Assembly: GCA_965644265.1 (NCBI GenBank)
Contig: OZ286463.1
Span: forward strand, 60,388,001-60,452,000
Source: Glycera tridactyla
Lineage: Eukaryota
DNA length: 64,000 nt
Direction of reading: 5' to 3'
The notes beneath the pieces were generated by a model. The model saw only the letters and a program-made list of their open reading frames with translations, searched no databases and was not told where the DNA came from. Both the position numbers and the translations under genes were made by a program. Shown here in pieces: positions 1-12,817 of this stretch. How positions within the stretch are numbered: position 1 is the stretch's first letter; every line of letters starts with the position of its first letter.

Positions 1-513
1 AAATAATGCCTCAATCGAGCACCACCTACATGGGTATCTCCTGTTGCGAAAAAAAGCATTTGTCTCCTACTCCTCTCACTGAACCTGTAGCAGAAATGAT
101 GCACACGAGCCAATTTGGGTATGATCATGTTAGAAACAAATGGGTGGGATGTACAAGCTCATGACAACGAACATAGAAAAAAGTTTCGTCATACTGCATT
201 TCGTCATACTGCATTTTTGATTGGCATACTATTTTATCCAATTAGGCAAATTCAATGCGAAGGAATGTGGGAAGTTGCACATATCCTGTGGAACCTGTGG
301 AAGCATCTTCAAACCTGTGAGCCATTGAATGTGAGGATCATGCCTTCCAGATTAGACTCAAGTGACAGGCCACAAAGAACAGCAATACTGTCAAAGGAAT
401 TAACATTACCACCAAGATGTAGACAGATGATTTAGGACTCACTACGGGAACAATGCTTGATCAATCAATACTTCATTCTGTTCTAATTTGCTTCATATTC
501 GTCTTTATGTCAG
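1..513 (+). repeat. Diverged direct duplication of 53605-54124
   Basis: Colinear matches throughout (aaataatgcctcaatc, catgttagaaacaaatg, gttgcacatatcctgtg, gattagactcaagtgacagg, attaacattaccaccaag). Confidence 0.9.
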
Positions 514-964
514 NNNNNNNNNNNNNNNNNNNNNNNNNNNNNNNNNNNNNNNNNNNNNNNNNNNNNNNNNNNNNNNNNNNNNNNNNNNNNNNNNNNNNNN
601 NNNNNNNNNNNNNNNNNNNNNNNNNNNNNNNNNNNNNNNNNNNNNNNNNNNNNNNNNNNNNNNNNNNNNNNNNNNNNNNNNNNNNNNNNNNNNNNNNNNN
701 NNNNNNNNNNNNNNNNNNNNNNNNNNNNNNNNNNNNNNNNNNNNNNNNNNNNNNNNNNNNNNNNNNNNNNNNNNNNNNNNNNNNNNNNNNNNNNNNNNNN
801 NNNNNNNNNNNNNNNNNNNNNNNNNNNNNNNNNNNNNNNNNNNNNNNNNNNNNNNNNNNNNNNNNNNNNNNNNNNNNNNNNNNNNNNNNNNNNNNNNNNN
901 NNNNNNNNNNNNNNNNNNNNNNNNNNNNNNNNNNNNNNNNNNNNNNNNNNNNNNNNNNNNNNNN

Positions 965-1886
965 NATTCATGCTTTTACCGTCCACCCACGCAATCATCT
1001 CATATGAGTGCATATTGACAAATTGAACTGGACAGGAGTGTTGAGTTTCATTTCACCATGCATGGATACCATCATCAGCAAGTGACAAGGAAGTAAGGGA
1101 GAGCATGCAGATTTTCCAGGTTAGATCCCCGCCCTCTTTTCTGTGAAATGGGCAGCTACTGAATGTCTTGGTATCTTGGGCAGAGAGATGAAGCCTTAAG
1201 GGAGAGTGGATTTGCAACATCCTGATCTCATTTCCGCACTGCATTAAGAGAGGTCAAGAACAATTACTGTCAGTCAGGAGGTCGTCTTCAGGGCAATTTC
1301 CTGGGAAAAGGGTGATGTCCTGTATTCGGCTTATTCCGGACTTCTTCCATGAGAATACAAATCACATTCATTTGAACTTGGAGGTCCCCTCATCCAGTGA
1401 TGGGAAAGATAAGAAACGTCGGAGAAATGATTCCGAAGAATATACTTTGAGCGCTTGTGCCATCTGCGAGATCGGCAAATATAGCGGTAGGCAGACATGC
1501 AGGCAGATAGACTCACCACTACGTCACCACCAACAGACCTGCCACCACTCGCACCACTGCCAGCAGTTGTCTGGCTCTCACTGAAATAATAACCATAAAA
1601 CTGCAACACCAATAACCGCACGACCGGTGCGACCTGCGACATAAACCTCAGATAAAAGTCCACAACTACTATAACTACTATAACTAGAGCCACATTGAAT
1701 CACTAGCGCTGAGGTGTAGTTTGCCAAAGTCAATGGGTATATTCTGACAGATCGCAGTATGGTGTAACATTAGTTATTGATTAATCTGTCTCCAATAGCC
1801 GATCAATCAAGGCTGCTCTCAAGTGTATGGATGGCACTATTGATAGTAAATCAATAAAGTGTCTGATTTACGTCTGTGTTATGGGT
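965..1886 (+). repeat. Inverted paralog of the DIRS flanks (empty site), with an internal deletion
   Basis: 965-1377 matches the reverse complement of 38291-38685, and 1372-1886 matches the reverse complement of about 23658-24394 (lacking the Thr-rich block). Diverged but clearly alignable. Confidence 0.9.
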
Positions 1887-2252
1887 ATTCGAACTTGGAG
1901 GTCCCCTCATCCAGCGATGAGAAAGGATAGAAACGTCGGAGAAATGATTCTGAAAAATATACTACGAGCCCTTGCGCCATCTGTGAGATGGGCAAATATA
2001 GCGGTAGGCAGACAGGCAGGTAGATAGACAAATGGGCAATATACCTATTCACAGACAGACAGACAAAGAGACAGCCGGACAGGGATAAATCAACGCCACC
2101 TTCAGCATCACCACCACCACTACCGATGATCGACAAACCATTACCACCACCAAACCCACCATCATCACTACAACACACACCACCACCAACACCAAACCTA
2201 CCAACACCCTACACACCACCAGACCAACCAATACCACCATCTACACCCTATC
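1887..2252 (+). repeat. Second, head-to-tail partial copy of the same block, including the Thr-rich ACC-repeat segment
   Basis: gaacttggaggtcccctcatccag... repeats 1374 onward, and 2082-2252 matches the reverse complement of about 24033-24205. Confidence 0.85.
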
Positions 2253-5200
2253 NNNNNNNNNNNNNNNNNNNNNNNNNNNNNNNNNNNNNNNNNNNNNNNN
2301 NNNNNNNNNNNNNNNNNNNNNNNNNNNNNNNNNNNNNNNNNNNNNNNNNNNNNNNNNNNNNNNNNNNNNNNNNNNNNNNNNNNNNNNNNNNNNNNNNNNN
2401 NNNNNNNNNNNNNNNNNNNNNNNNNNNNNNNNNNNNNNNNNNNNNNNNNNNNNNNNNNNNNNNNNNNNNNNNNNNNNNNNNNNNNNNNNNGGATAAATCA
2501 ACGCCACCTTCAGCATCACCACCACCACTACCGATGATCGACAAACCATTACCACCACCAAACCCACCATCATCACTACAACACACACCACCACCAACAC
2601 CAAACCTACCAACACCCTACACACCACCAGACCAACCAATACCACCATCTACACCCTATCNNNNNNNNNNNNNNNNNNNNNNNNNNNNNNNNNNNNNNNN
2701 NNNNNNNNNNNNNNNNNNNNNNNNNNNNNNNNNNNNNNNNNNNNNNNNNNNNNNNNNNNNNNNNNNNNNNNNNNNNNNNNNNNNNNNNNNNNNNNNNNNN
2801 NNNNNNNNNNNNNNNCTGTCTGGCTGTCTACCCATCTGTATTTACTATATCATTCATGGATTTGGCCTCTAAGAGTTTTCACTTTCAACATGCACTCAGT
2901 GTTTCATTACCCGTTGCTCTGACATTCCATTGTTCAGTGTCGAATGTAAACACGAAAATACCTAATGGACATTCACATCTATGCAGCGTTGATGAATATG
3001 TCACGAGATTATGCCATGCGGACATAGTGGTGCTTGGAAAGGCGAACAAAAGAATGCTGTTCCGACCATTATCTCACATCTTAGTCCTGACAAATCTCTT
3101 TATATATTGTTCCTGCACACAAACTCAAGAGTGTGACCCCAGATAACAGAAACAGTATCCAATTATTCTCTCAGGATGTCTCATCCAATAAACGAATTTT
3201 TCCCTGTACATATCAAATGAAGATGTATGCTCTTCAGGAGCTCATTTGAGGTCACCATTATGAGTATGTTGACCAATAGTCAGAACTTACCCTTGCACTG
3301 ATCATCCTTGATAATGTTGAATCAGCTATTCTGTCTTCAAATGTTGTACACTAGTCGTCTGAGCTCTCGAAATGCGCTGTTGACAATTCCTTCCTTTTCA
3401 CTCGAAGAAGTATGGAAAAGTGTCGGCATGCACCTATGATGTTGTATGAACTTCTCTATATCAACGAATCCCTTATTGAGGGCACCCCTGGATCGCATAT
3501 TTTGTTTCAGTTGAATGAGGTAGTAATAAGCCTTCATTCAACAGCAATTCGGCATTCTGTAAGTACTTTCCTGTAGTAATCCAACAGTGAGAAAGAAATC
3601 CTACTGCGAAGAGCGTCTGGTTGATTCAGAAATTATCAAATGGATATTGGAGAAATTGCCATGTCACACTAGGTGATTGGTTGGTTCCAGTTTAACGTCA
3701 CATCAGCGATATATGTGCTATATTGTGATGCCCATACAATGGCAATGGGGAGAATCGTTCCTGGGTTCCCCAGGCGAAATCTATGAAATTCATAAACACT
3801 CAGAATAGCATCACTGTTATCCCACTTGGTGGTACTACCATGGAACATTGTTTGGACTTTCATCATGAGAATCTCGGGTGAAGCTAATTACTGTGGATTT
3901 GATAAAAATATTACAGCACCATGGGTTCTTTCTCTCATGTGTCGAGGAGCACTATTACATATACAGCATGTTCCAATGTCCGAAAAACATTATGTAACTA
4001 ATCGGCTTACGGATGTTTTCTCTCACCGTTTCCATGGCAACATCTAAATGGCATCCGATTGAAAAGATGGACTACAATGCCAAGTAGAACGGACAATATG
4101 TTGTTTAGCTAATTCATACATTTTCTCCACGTTGTTCACGTGGGTACGGGTGTGTCATGATTGCGTCTGTGAGGTACCTGATTATATTTGATCCTCCATA
4201 TTTCATGTCAACTGGCATTGCTTCATTTCCCTAGCATCAGATAAAACACAATCATGTGAAAACAATATTCACACAAATTAGAAATAAAGGCAGTGAGTGG
4301 TTCATTGGATTTCAGTTTGTCACGATGTGCTGTGTGTTGCATATTGCTGCCAAATGTCAGTGGGATACCAATCTAGTCTGGAGCCAGATGCTGGAGGCTG
4401 GTTTGTCTATCACTGGTTAGAAGCCATGTATATTGAGCACTAAGCATTCTAGGGTCAGCTTGAATCCTATCGAAACACATTTCATGGAAGCTTTATCAGC
4501 CGAGGCAGACTGGCTACAGTGCCGTAACTGCTATATGGACACTCCACACACCACCTGAAAAAGAGTTCTTATCACCCATTATATCCTATTGTGATGTCAC
4601 AATGAGAGCCATGGACGCAGCTGTGTGATCAAAATACCATAAGATGCGTACTCCACAATGTTCTGCACGCACAATTATGCATTGAACTAAATTCACTGCA
4701 ATGCATAGTTGAACTGAGTGAAAAGTGAAAGAGGTCCCGCTCCAAATGTTTGCAATGGTGTACACCCTCTGAATTTGAAAACCTTCATCTTGAAGACATC
4801 TGTGTGACATCTATTTTGCAAGAAAGAATATCGGAAAAGGATCAATTTGTGCACTGGGCTTGGATTGTATACATTTTGGTTAGAGCTAGATTAAGAGGAT
4901 GGGGGGATTGATGAGAGGAGAGCTGAATGCAAAGATGAGAGGGGTAGGGTGAAAGAAAAGGGTGTAGACGAAAGGAAGATGAATAGGGAAGAAACATAAG
5001 TGAGGAGGAGAAGGGAAGAGAGGACACAGAGTCGAGGGCGTGATCAAATCAGATGTGTCAGAAGATTCGTGGAAAGGAACTGAACTTAATGCCGATTGTT
5101 TCATTCCCGGCTAATGATTCAATGTTCTCATGCCAACGTTTCACAAACAAAAATTCATCCATCTTCTTTGTTTTTAGCTTTTCATATCAGGCAACCAATA

Positions 5201-7477
5201 GAAGCTGCTTATTTCCGCATCATTGTGAGATAAATGCAGCTGGTTAACAACGATGACACTGACATTGAAGCTAAATGTGACAAATGAGATATGTCTTTGA
5301 CTGGGAACACCACCGATCATCGAAAGCACGTGAATCGTTATTATGTGTGACTTACAGTATGAAGTGGCAAGATATTGGAGAAAAAGCCAGACAGGTAGGA
5401 GGCAGACACAAAGACGAACAGGAACAGACTTAGCCATACAAACACAAGTACAATTAGAGATACAAACAAACACACACACATACACACACACACATATATA
5501 TATATATGAACGACAGCGTCCATATACTCTTTCTGGTCTGTGCAGTGAGTATAATACAGGCATTGGAAGGAGACATTCTGCCTGACTCACACAGATGCAA
5601 AGACCCCGCACACACCAGCCGTGTTTACAAAATCTAATTAAATTACAGTACGTAATTGAACGGTGCAAGTAAATACACTTACATTCAAATGCAAGCAAAC
5701 AGAGCAACATCTATATCAAAAGGCACACGCACTCCAAAACATTCAAGCGTCTAGATCATGTGCACTGAGATATTGATTACAAGAACAAACGACATCCGGT
5801 TGACACATGATACGACCGCCTCGTTGTCAGTCAGAGCTCAATAACCCCAGAGATGTGAAGAATTGACCCAATCCTACACTGGCACACTAACATACACACA
5901 CGCACATACACACACACACGTATGCACAAACACGTCATATCAGCAACAAGATCCAAGTAAACACTCATATATCTACAGACCAGTACAACACCATAGGATG
6001 TATTATCATTTTGCCATTGTATGTGTCATACTGGATATTCGACCTAGATGTTTCATTACTAATTATCATTATTATTCTCAGCATGATGTGTCTGTTAGGC
6101 ACACAAGAGACTCCGAGTCAGGTAGGCCCTTCAGGGGCCGGTGGAGAATGTACATAGTGTATACTCCATAATAATACCATCAACCTTAATTGATATTATT
6201 TCACTAACATATTGTATTGCATTTGTGTTGTCTTATATGTGATTTTGTTGTATTACTGAATTGTTATATGTATTCTTGAATAAAGTTTTGTTAATTGTTA
6301 AGTGATACGTATATGTACATACATACTTTTTCACATATCTGAACAACTGCAAATTTTGATGACTACACGCTATAATCATTTCATATATTAAGTTTTGTTA
6401 TGCTCTTCTTGAACTGTTAATTGGTAATTGCATACATACATTTTCAAATCATTTCATATCAGTGCCATGCAGCGTGGGCAACAGGTGCAATAAATGAATC
6501 AAGTGCCCAAACCATTTTTTCTTATGATGCTTGACTTAAAGCACTCACTGCCGGCAACACAATGCTGGGACTGGCTATCTCGAGAAGTCCAGGGAAGAAG
6601 TGATGCCACATATAAACAAGTTTACTGGCTGTTTTCACGGACCAATAAAGCATCAGCTGACAAAGATGGACTGAGTAGAGAGGTATCCTACCGTAGATCC
6701 AACTGAGGAGTTCTCCCCAGATTGGATCTCATATAGATTTCCATATCAGCTCAGTTCCTTCAAGATGATTTCAGTACAACATATAAATCAGCCAGGTGCA
6801 TCTACAAGTCAGGTGGCCCACCTAGAGCTTGAGCTCTCCTGATCGGCTGGTAGTCTATGAGTATTCTATAACCCGCATGCTGCTCTTGCGGTGAATGAGT
6901 TATGTATCTCACCAAATACAATCTGTTTTGAGAGAATACATAATTGATATACGATTGATCGGATGCAGCACCCGGTTCAGAGGCATCTAATGGATTTGGT
7001 TCAGCCTATTCCATTAATTATCTCATCAGAGAGCGATGATCAAATGCCCAGGCGTATTACCATCTTTCATCTTGATGGCATTCTTGGATAAATGAACTCA
7101 CTTCAGCTCAAAAAGGTCAACATGATTCTCAATGCCCCTGAAGATAAACCATTTGATAATTAGTTCCTGGTACCCATTTGTTAATTAGGGTTCGTCTGTC
7201 TGAATTTCACGTTTCTATGGAGTAGCTGCAATAGATTATAAAAGGATACGATAACACATCAGTTGATTAGACAGCAAAGAAGGGATAATTATATCGATTT
7301 TGATCTTGTATTCATCCATCATTTATCACCCTCATCTCACCCATCTTATTCCACTCATTTGTACATATTTTCCATCATGCATTATTCATATCGTTGTCTT
7401 CTGTATTTTGCTTTCGGTGCACTGAAAATGATTTCCATATTGCAGCTGAATGAGTGGGCGATTGTTAATGAAGTTCC

Positions 7478-7525
7478 ATCAATCAATCAATCAATCAATC
7501 AATCGATCAATCAATCAATCAATCA
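7478..7525. repeat. (TCAA)n microsatellite
   Basis: Directly visible run. Confidence 0.9.
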
Positions 7526-9099
7526 ATGCAGTGTGTCGAGGATGAGGATTATATATCATCCCAAGGAAGCGAAGTTGAATGACATAAGGGACTTGATCAT
7601 GCCATTCCATTCTCGGTATCTAAGAAGCACGGCCACCTCATCAGAGAATCTGATCGCATGCTTCCATTCAACGTCCAATTCCCACCTGTAAAGTGTGACG
7701 TTATTCTTTTGTACCGTATAACTAGTGCTCGATCCTCGGCTGGTTTGGCTGAACAATGCATTTATTATGATTTGCATCAAAGTTGCCACACAGTTGGAAA
7801 TTAGATGAAACATTTCTATCAAGAAGAGACACCTCGCGAAGCATTCGAGTCGCAGCATAAGAGACTTGTCGGCAGCAGTGATAGTTCGAAGCGATGATAT
7901 TCTTGAGGATTAATGATTTCAATATTGGATGNNNNNNNNNNNNNNNNNNNNNNNNNNNNNNNNNNNNNNNNNNNNNNNNNNNNNNNNNNNNNNNNNNNNN
8001 NNNNNNNNNNNNNNNNNNNNNNNNNNNNNNNNNNNNNNNNNNNNNNNNNNNNNNNNNNNNNNNNNNNNNNNNNNNNNNNNNNNNNNNNNNNNNNNNNNNN
8101 NNNNNNNNNNNNNNNNNNNNNNNNNNNNNNNNNNNNNNNNNNNNNNNNNNNNNNNNNNNNNNNNNNNNNNNNNNNNNNNNNNNNNNNNNNNNNNNNNNNN
8201 NNNNNNNNNNNNNNNNNNNNNNNNNNNNNNNNNNNNNNNNNNNNNNNNNTGTTTGCTGATGGCACTACATCAGTTTTACACATTGGCGGCTCTTCTCGAC
8301 ATAGACGGTGCTGGAAAACCTCTACTAAAAAGTTTAGGAGAGTTTGACTTCATATATGACTAGGAGTGATAACAAATGCAAGGGTGTTTCCCGCCAAGAC
8401 ATCTGCTTTTTTGTGATCTCCGTTGGAGATCACTATGCTACCACCTCTCTGCTCAAAATGCTTTCTAACTTCGCCGATTCTGACTCTGGAGGCTGATATA
8501 ATCAAACGAATCTTGATCGGATCTGTGTGAAAGGATCGAATGATCTAATCTATCACAATTTTAGGATGATTTATCGATCTGATCAACGACAATTTGAAGA
8601 AATGTACCGATCACGTAATGAGCATTTCGCCAAACATTCGTTTTTGTTGCCGATCACCGAAGCACGCAGACATGACCACTCAGGGATGTATAGCTGCGCA
8701 CAAATAGTAAATGCCCGAATACTGATCTCTGATTGGCTGATTTTACGCACGCTATCTACAACTCCATTCATAAATCGGCTCATTGATCCATGAAACGTGG
8801 TAATGAGGTGTGAAAAAGAAGCACTACTTTACTCCCCTACGAACTATCATATCAACCAAAACACAGATATTTCGAGGTTTATACATGGAGGTAAGACAAA
8901 TGGATGTCGAGGAATCTCAAGACAGAGACAGACAGACAGACAGACAGACGATTTGGCGGAAGTAGTCCCGGCTCTGAACCTAATACACATGAATGAAATG
9001 TGGCCATAATGGCACAAGACAAATCCACGGGTGGCTTGCTCATGACTCGCTGCCCCATATTCCTGAAGGAGGGCTCATCAATACCCCCACCCGCCCGTC

Positions 9100-9430
9100 T
9101 CTTTCTCTGTGTCTGTTCCCCCCCCCCCTCCTCTCTCTCTTTCTCTCTCTCTCTTTCTCTCTCTCTCGTCATTATCATCGTCAGTGAGGTGGTGGTGGTT
9201 GTTGTGGTGGTAGTGGTGGTGGGTATGAAGGTGGTGGTGGTGGTGGTGGTGGGTATGAAGGTGGTGGTTGTGGTGGTGTTGCATGGTGATTGTGGTGGTG
9301 GTAGTGGTGGTGGTGGTGGTGTGGGTATGAAGGTGCTGTTGCCATTGCTGGTGTCGTCGTCGTCGTCGTCGTCATCGTCGTCGTCGTCATCTCTCTCTTT
9401 CTCTCTCTCTTTCTCTCTCTCCCCCGCTCT
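9100..9430. repeat. Composite microsatellite (CT)n-(GGT)n-(GTC)n-(CT)n
   Basis: Directly visible runs. Confidence 0.9.
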
Positions 9431-9532
9431 CTCTATTTCGGAGATCTCTCGGCGCCCCTGGGCGCTCTTGTTGTGATACAATATCGACTTGGAGGGTGGA
9501 GTCGTAGGCGGTTCATCCTGATGTTTCTATTG

Positions 9533-9630
9533 TTGTTATGCTCGCACGTAGGACTATCTGCCAGGGGAATGCTTAATTTGAGGGGAAAATGGTCCAGATA
9601 TATCTATTGAGTACATCGTATCTACTGGAC
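9533..9630 (+). mobile_element. Relic right end of a related DIRS family
   Basis: tcgcacgtagg....ggggaatgcttaatttgaggggaaaatgg aligns to the right ITR at 38199-38249. It is followed by a different inverted-repeat-bounded extension, gtccag...ctggac. Confidence 0.7.
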
Positions 9631-12600
9631 ATGTTGACCCATTTATACATTCTTCATAAATCAGATAATATAATTCAGATGCAACTTTGAACGACGTCCT
9701 GATAGATGTGGAAACTCGCCGCCCACCTTAAGTTACGTAAGACCCCACGGCATTGAGAACACGACTTGACAACGGAGCCGATGCTACTTCAGGACATTCA
9801 CTTGCATATCACGATATTCCCCAGCCATCATTCACTGTGGTCACTATGCTCAACTGCACAACCGTGGCGGTCGGCTGAAATTTATCGGCAATATGGCTCA
9901 TCTACATCAGATCGGATGGTAGGGGGCGGCTATTGTTTGGCTCTTTGATCTTATCGATGGTTTCTTGGTTGTTTGAATTGTCCTTTGTGAGTGAGTGAAG
10001 GAGTTAGTCAGTCAGTCACTAGTCAGTCAGTCTGTGAATGAGAGAGCAAGTGAGTGAGACCCATATATCATAACTGCAATCACTGAATCTATATCAGTTC
10101 TGTCTTACCACAAGCCGGGTGAAACATGACTACTGCCAGAAAAGCATATATGACATGAGATTTGCATTAGCATCACCACGGTAATCACCTCAAGCTAACT
10201 TATATTGGTGGACATTGGGGATATGCAGCACACTACTTCATGTCACTATGATCATACTGTATGTGTGTCATGAATACCTAAGCACGTCCTTGAGAGGACA
10301 ATCATGTTTGCTTGCTCGAATATATCCCTTGCTTGCTTCGACCAACTCTTGTGTTGTATTTTGCTCTGTTGCATCGTTGCGGTGTATTGTGATGTGTTGT
10401 GTTGTTTCATTAATTTTAATTGTGTTGCATTGATGCATTTTGACTAACAGAATGATGTGACTTGCCTCCGCTAGCTATACCGCTGCATTGAGCATTTGAT
10501 ACCCAGGAGTCATAGCGTGATATCCGTTAGAAATTAGCAGGATATTGCCTTGTACAATACATGCTTAAGCCGCCATTGAACATAACCACAGCAGAGTCTT
10601 TCCAATCTTGATTCCAGCATGTAAGCTTTCGACTAGCATCCAACTGTATATGCTTACATAGCAGCGAAAATCCACATAATTGATGCACTTGTTTTCGAGC
10701 CAGGGCATTTCCGGTCGCTATTACATCTTGAGTTTGGCCTTTTTTTTATCGGCCAACATCGATAATCCATCGGCATTACCTGTTAGTCTGTTACACATTT
10801 GGTGAATAGGCTGCACAGAAAATGTGGAAGTACTCAACTAGAGGTCCGTTGAAGCTCGACCAGTGCACATGGACAGAGTGTGGTGTCACAAACTTGTCGG
10901 TCTGACTTCTATATAAAAACTGAAGGTGCGGATGATTGGTTTATTGTTTGTTTATAGTTGGACTAAAACAGTTCTGCCTTCATGAATTCAGCTATTCCAT
11001 ATGTGTAGCAGCAGATAGTCTCATCCTTCAAAGCAGCAGTGAGGTCAAACTTATTATGATCATTACTTCCATTTTCAACATTATTAATGATAGCATCATT
11101 ACTATCGTCACAGATAATTATCATCAACAACGCCATCGTCATAATCGTCGTCGTCGTCGTGTCATCATCCATTCTGTCCTTGTTCTCATTCATCTCAGCC
11201 TCTTCCTTCTATCTCTTTTTTCTTTTTCACTCTCACATTGAAGCTATACTCCGTAATAGCACTGAACACTATGTGATGGATACATCAAAATCATGTATTG
11301 ATATTGCATGAACTCAAACTGATGGATCTGTTTGAATAGTGATATTCTTCCGATGCCGTCCAGTGGGCAGGATCTCTAATCCCCCGAGACCAAATGATTA
11401 TCCACTAATGCACCAAGTTCCACATACAGCTAATCTTGATCTCATTGTCCATCCTATATGGAGGCATACATTCTTTGTGATGGTGAATACTCCCAATATA
11501 CCATTGATAAAGTCTGTCAACTCTGATCGTGGCAGGTACGTTTCTCACCCTAGCATCGCGAATCCACATCGGATTGAAATGGAGCTCACTGACACATATT
11601 ATTGACATCTCCGATGATCAGAAATGTGATCTCGTGGAAGTTCCCTTGTATATTTCACTCTAGGGCACCAAATATGTCAATTTCACGGTTGTTTCGCGAC
11701 GAGTGAAGCGGCAGTATCTCCACTGTTTTGCATACAAATATTCGGGGATAATGGCGGCAGATTTGCTGAAAAAATGCAATGAAATGACTGTCCATCCTCT
11801 TCAAAAGCTTGCAGGGCACCTGAAACCAGTTTCGGTTATCACTGGAAGACCTACACAACCCATCCGTGCCATGATAATCAAATTCGGACAAGGAATGATG
11901 AAGTTAGCGTCTGAAACGCGCTCGCCACATTTGGATTTGACATAGTTTAGTACCAACCCATGCACTAATGTGGACTCAAGATATGCTGCAATCGGTATTG
12001 TGTCCTTTTTGAAGAATTTTCTTGGTAATTCTCCCAAACCATCATTTTTCAATTTGCTCTTTGCGGAATTGACACCTTCTGATTGCTGCAATAAACATTT
12101 CTTTTTATCTATCTATAGAGTGTGATGTGTGAGCCCAGGCCCGGATTCCACTCAAAACCTCTGACTTCATACTCCTCCTCTTTCGTAGAATCTCAGGCTC
12201 TTTCAGTTTGTTCTGGGGATTTTTCCCCACCGTCTTTTGGTAGATTCAAATGTCTGCCCATATCATCGGTAGCTGCAAATCACTCTTTTTTCAGGGAGGT
12301 TATTGTAGACTTGGCATCTGCTTGAGATTCCCCATGGTTATCTCTCATCGTGACTTGCCATCATCTGGATTGAAGGTTGTGATGATGAAAAAGTTTTCTT
12401 CATCATCCACCTTGCTGGCATCATTTTCTAAAGCACACTTTATTTTCATTCTTTTTATCCTTGTTCCCAGCATTCTACCACTAGTTTAACTGGGTAGCCT
12501 CGTCTCAAACGAGGTCTGAAGATGGGAATGCCATATTTCACATAATCAGAGTCATTAGAGCAAAAACATCTCGTCAGTGAACCTGGCAGTTTGAAAGACT

Positions 12601-12817
12601 CTTTGTCATATGGAATGCTGATTTCATCTCAGACAAATAAGGAATTTGCAATCCACATACACAATGCAAACAAATTTTGATGAGATCATCGTGATGATGG
12701 TTCACCCCGACAAGCTAGCATTTCATTTTTCGCAAATGAGGCAAAAGTAGGTGGGGATGTTTGACATCACGATATTGCCTCTGATTTTCCAGGCTCCGGT
12801 AAAATATTCATCTGGTC

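Noticed and set aside
2491-2660. Exact 170-bp copy of 2082-2252 as a real tandem unit
   Set aside because: It is identical, bounded by N gaps and ends at the same base, so an assembly or gap-filling artefact is more likely.
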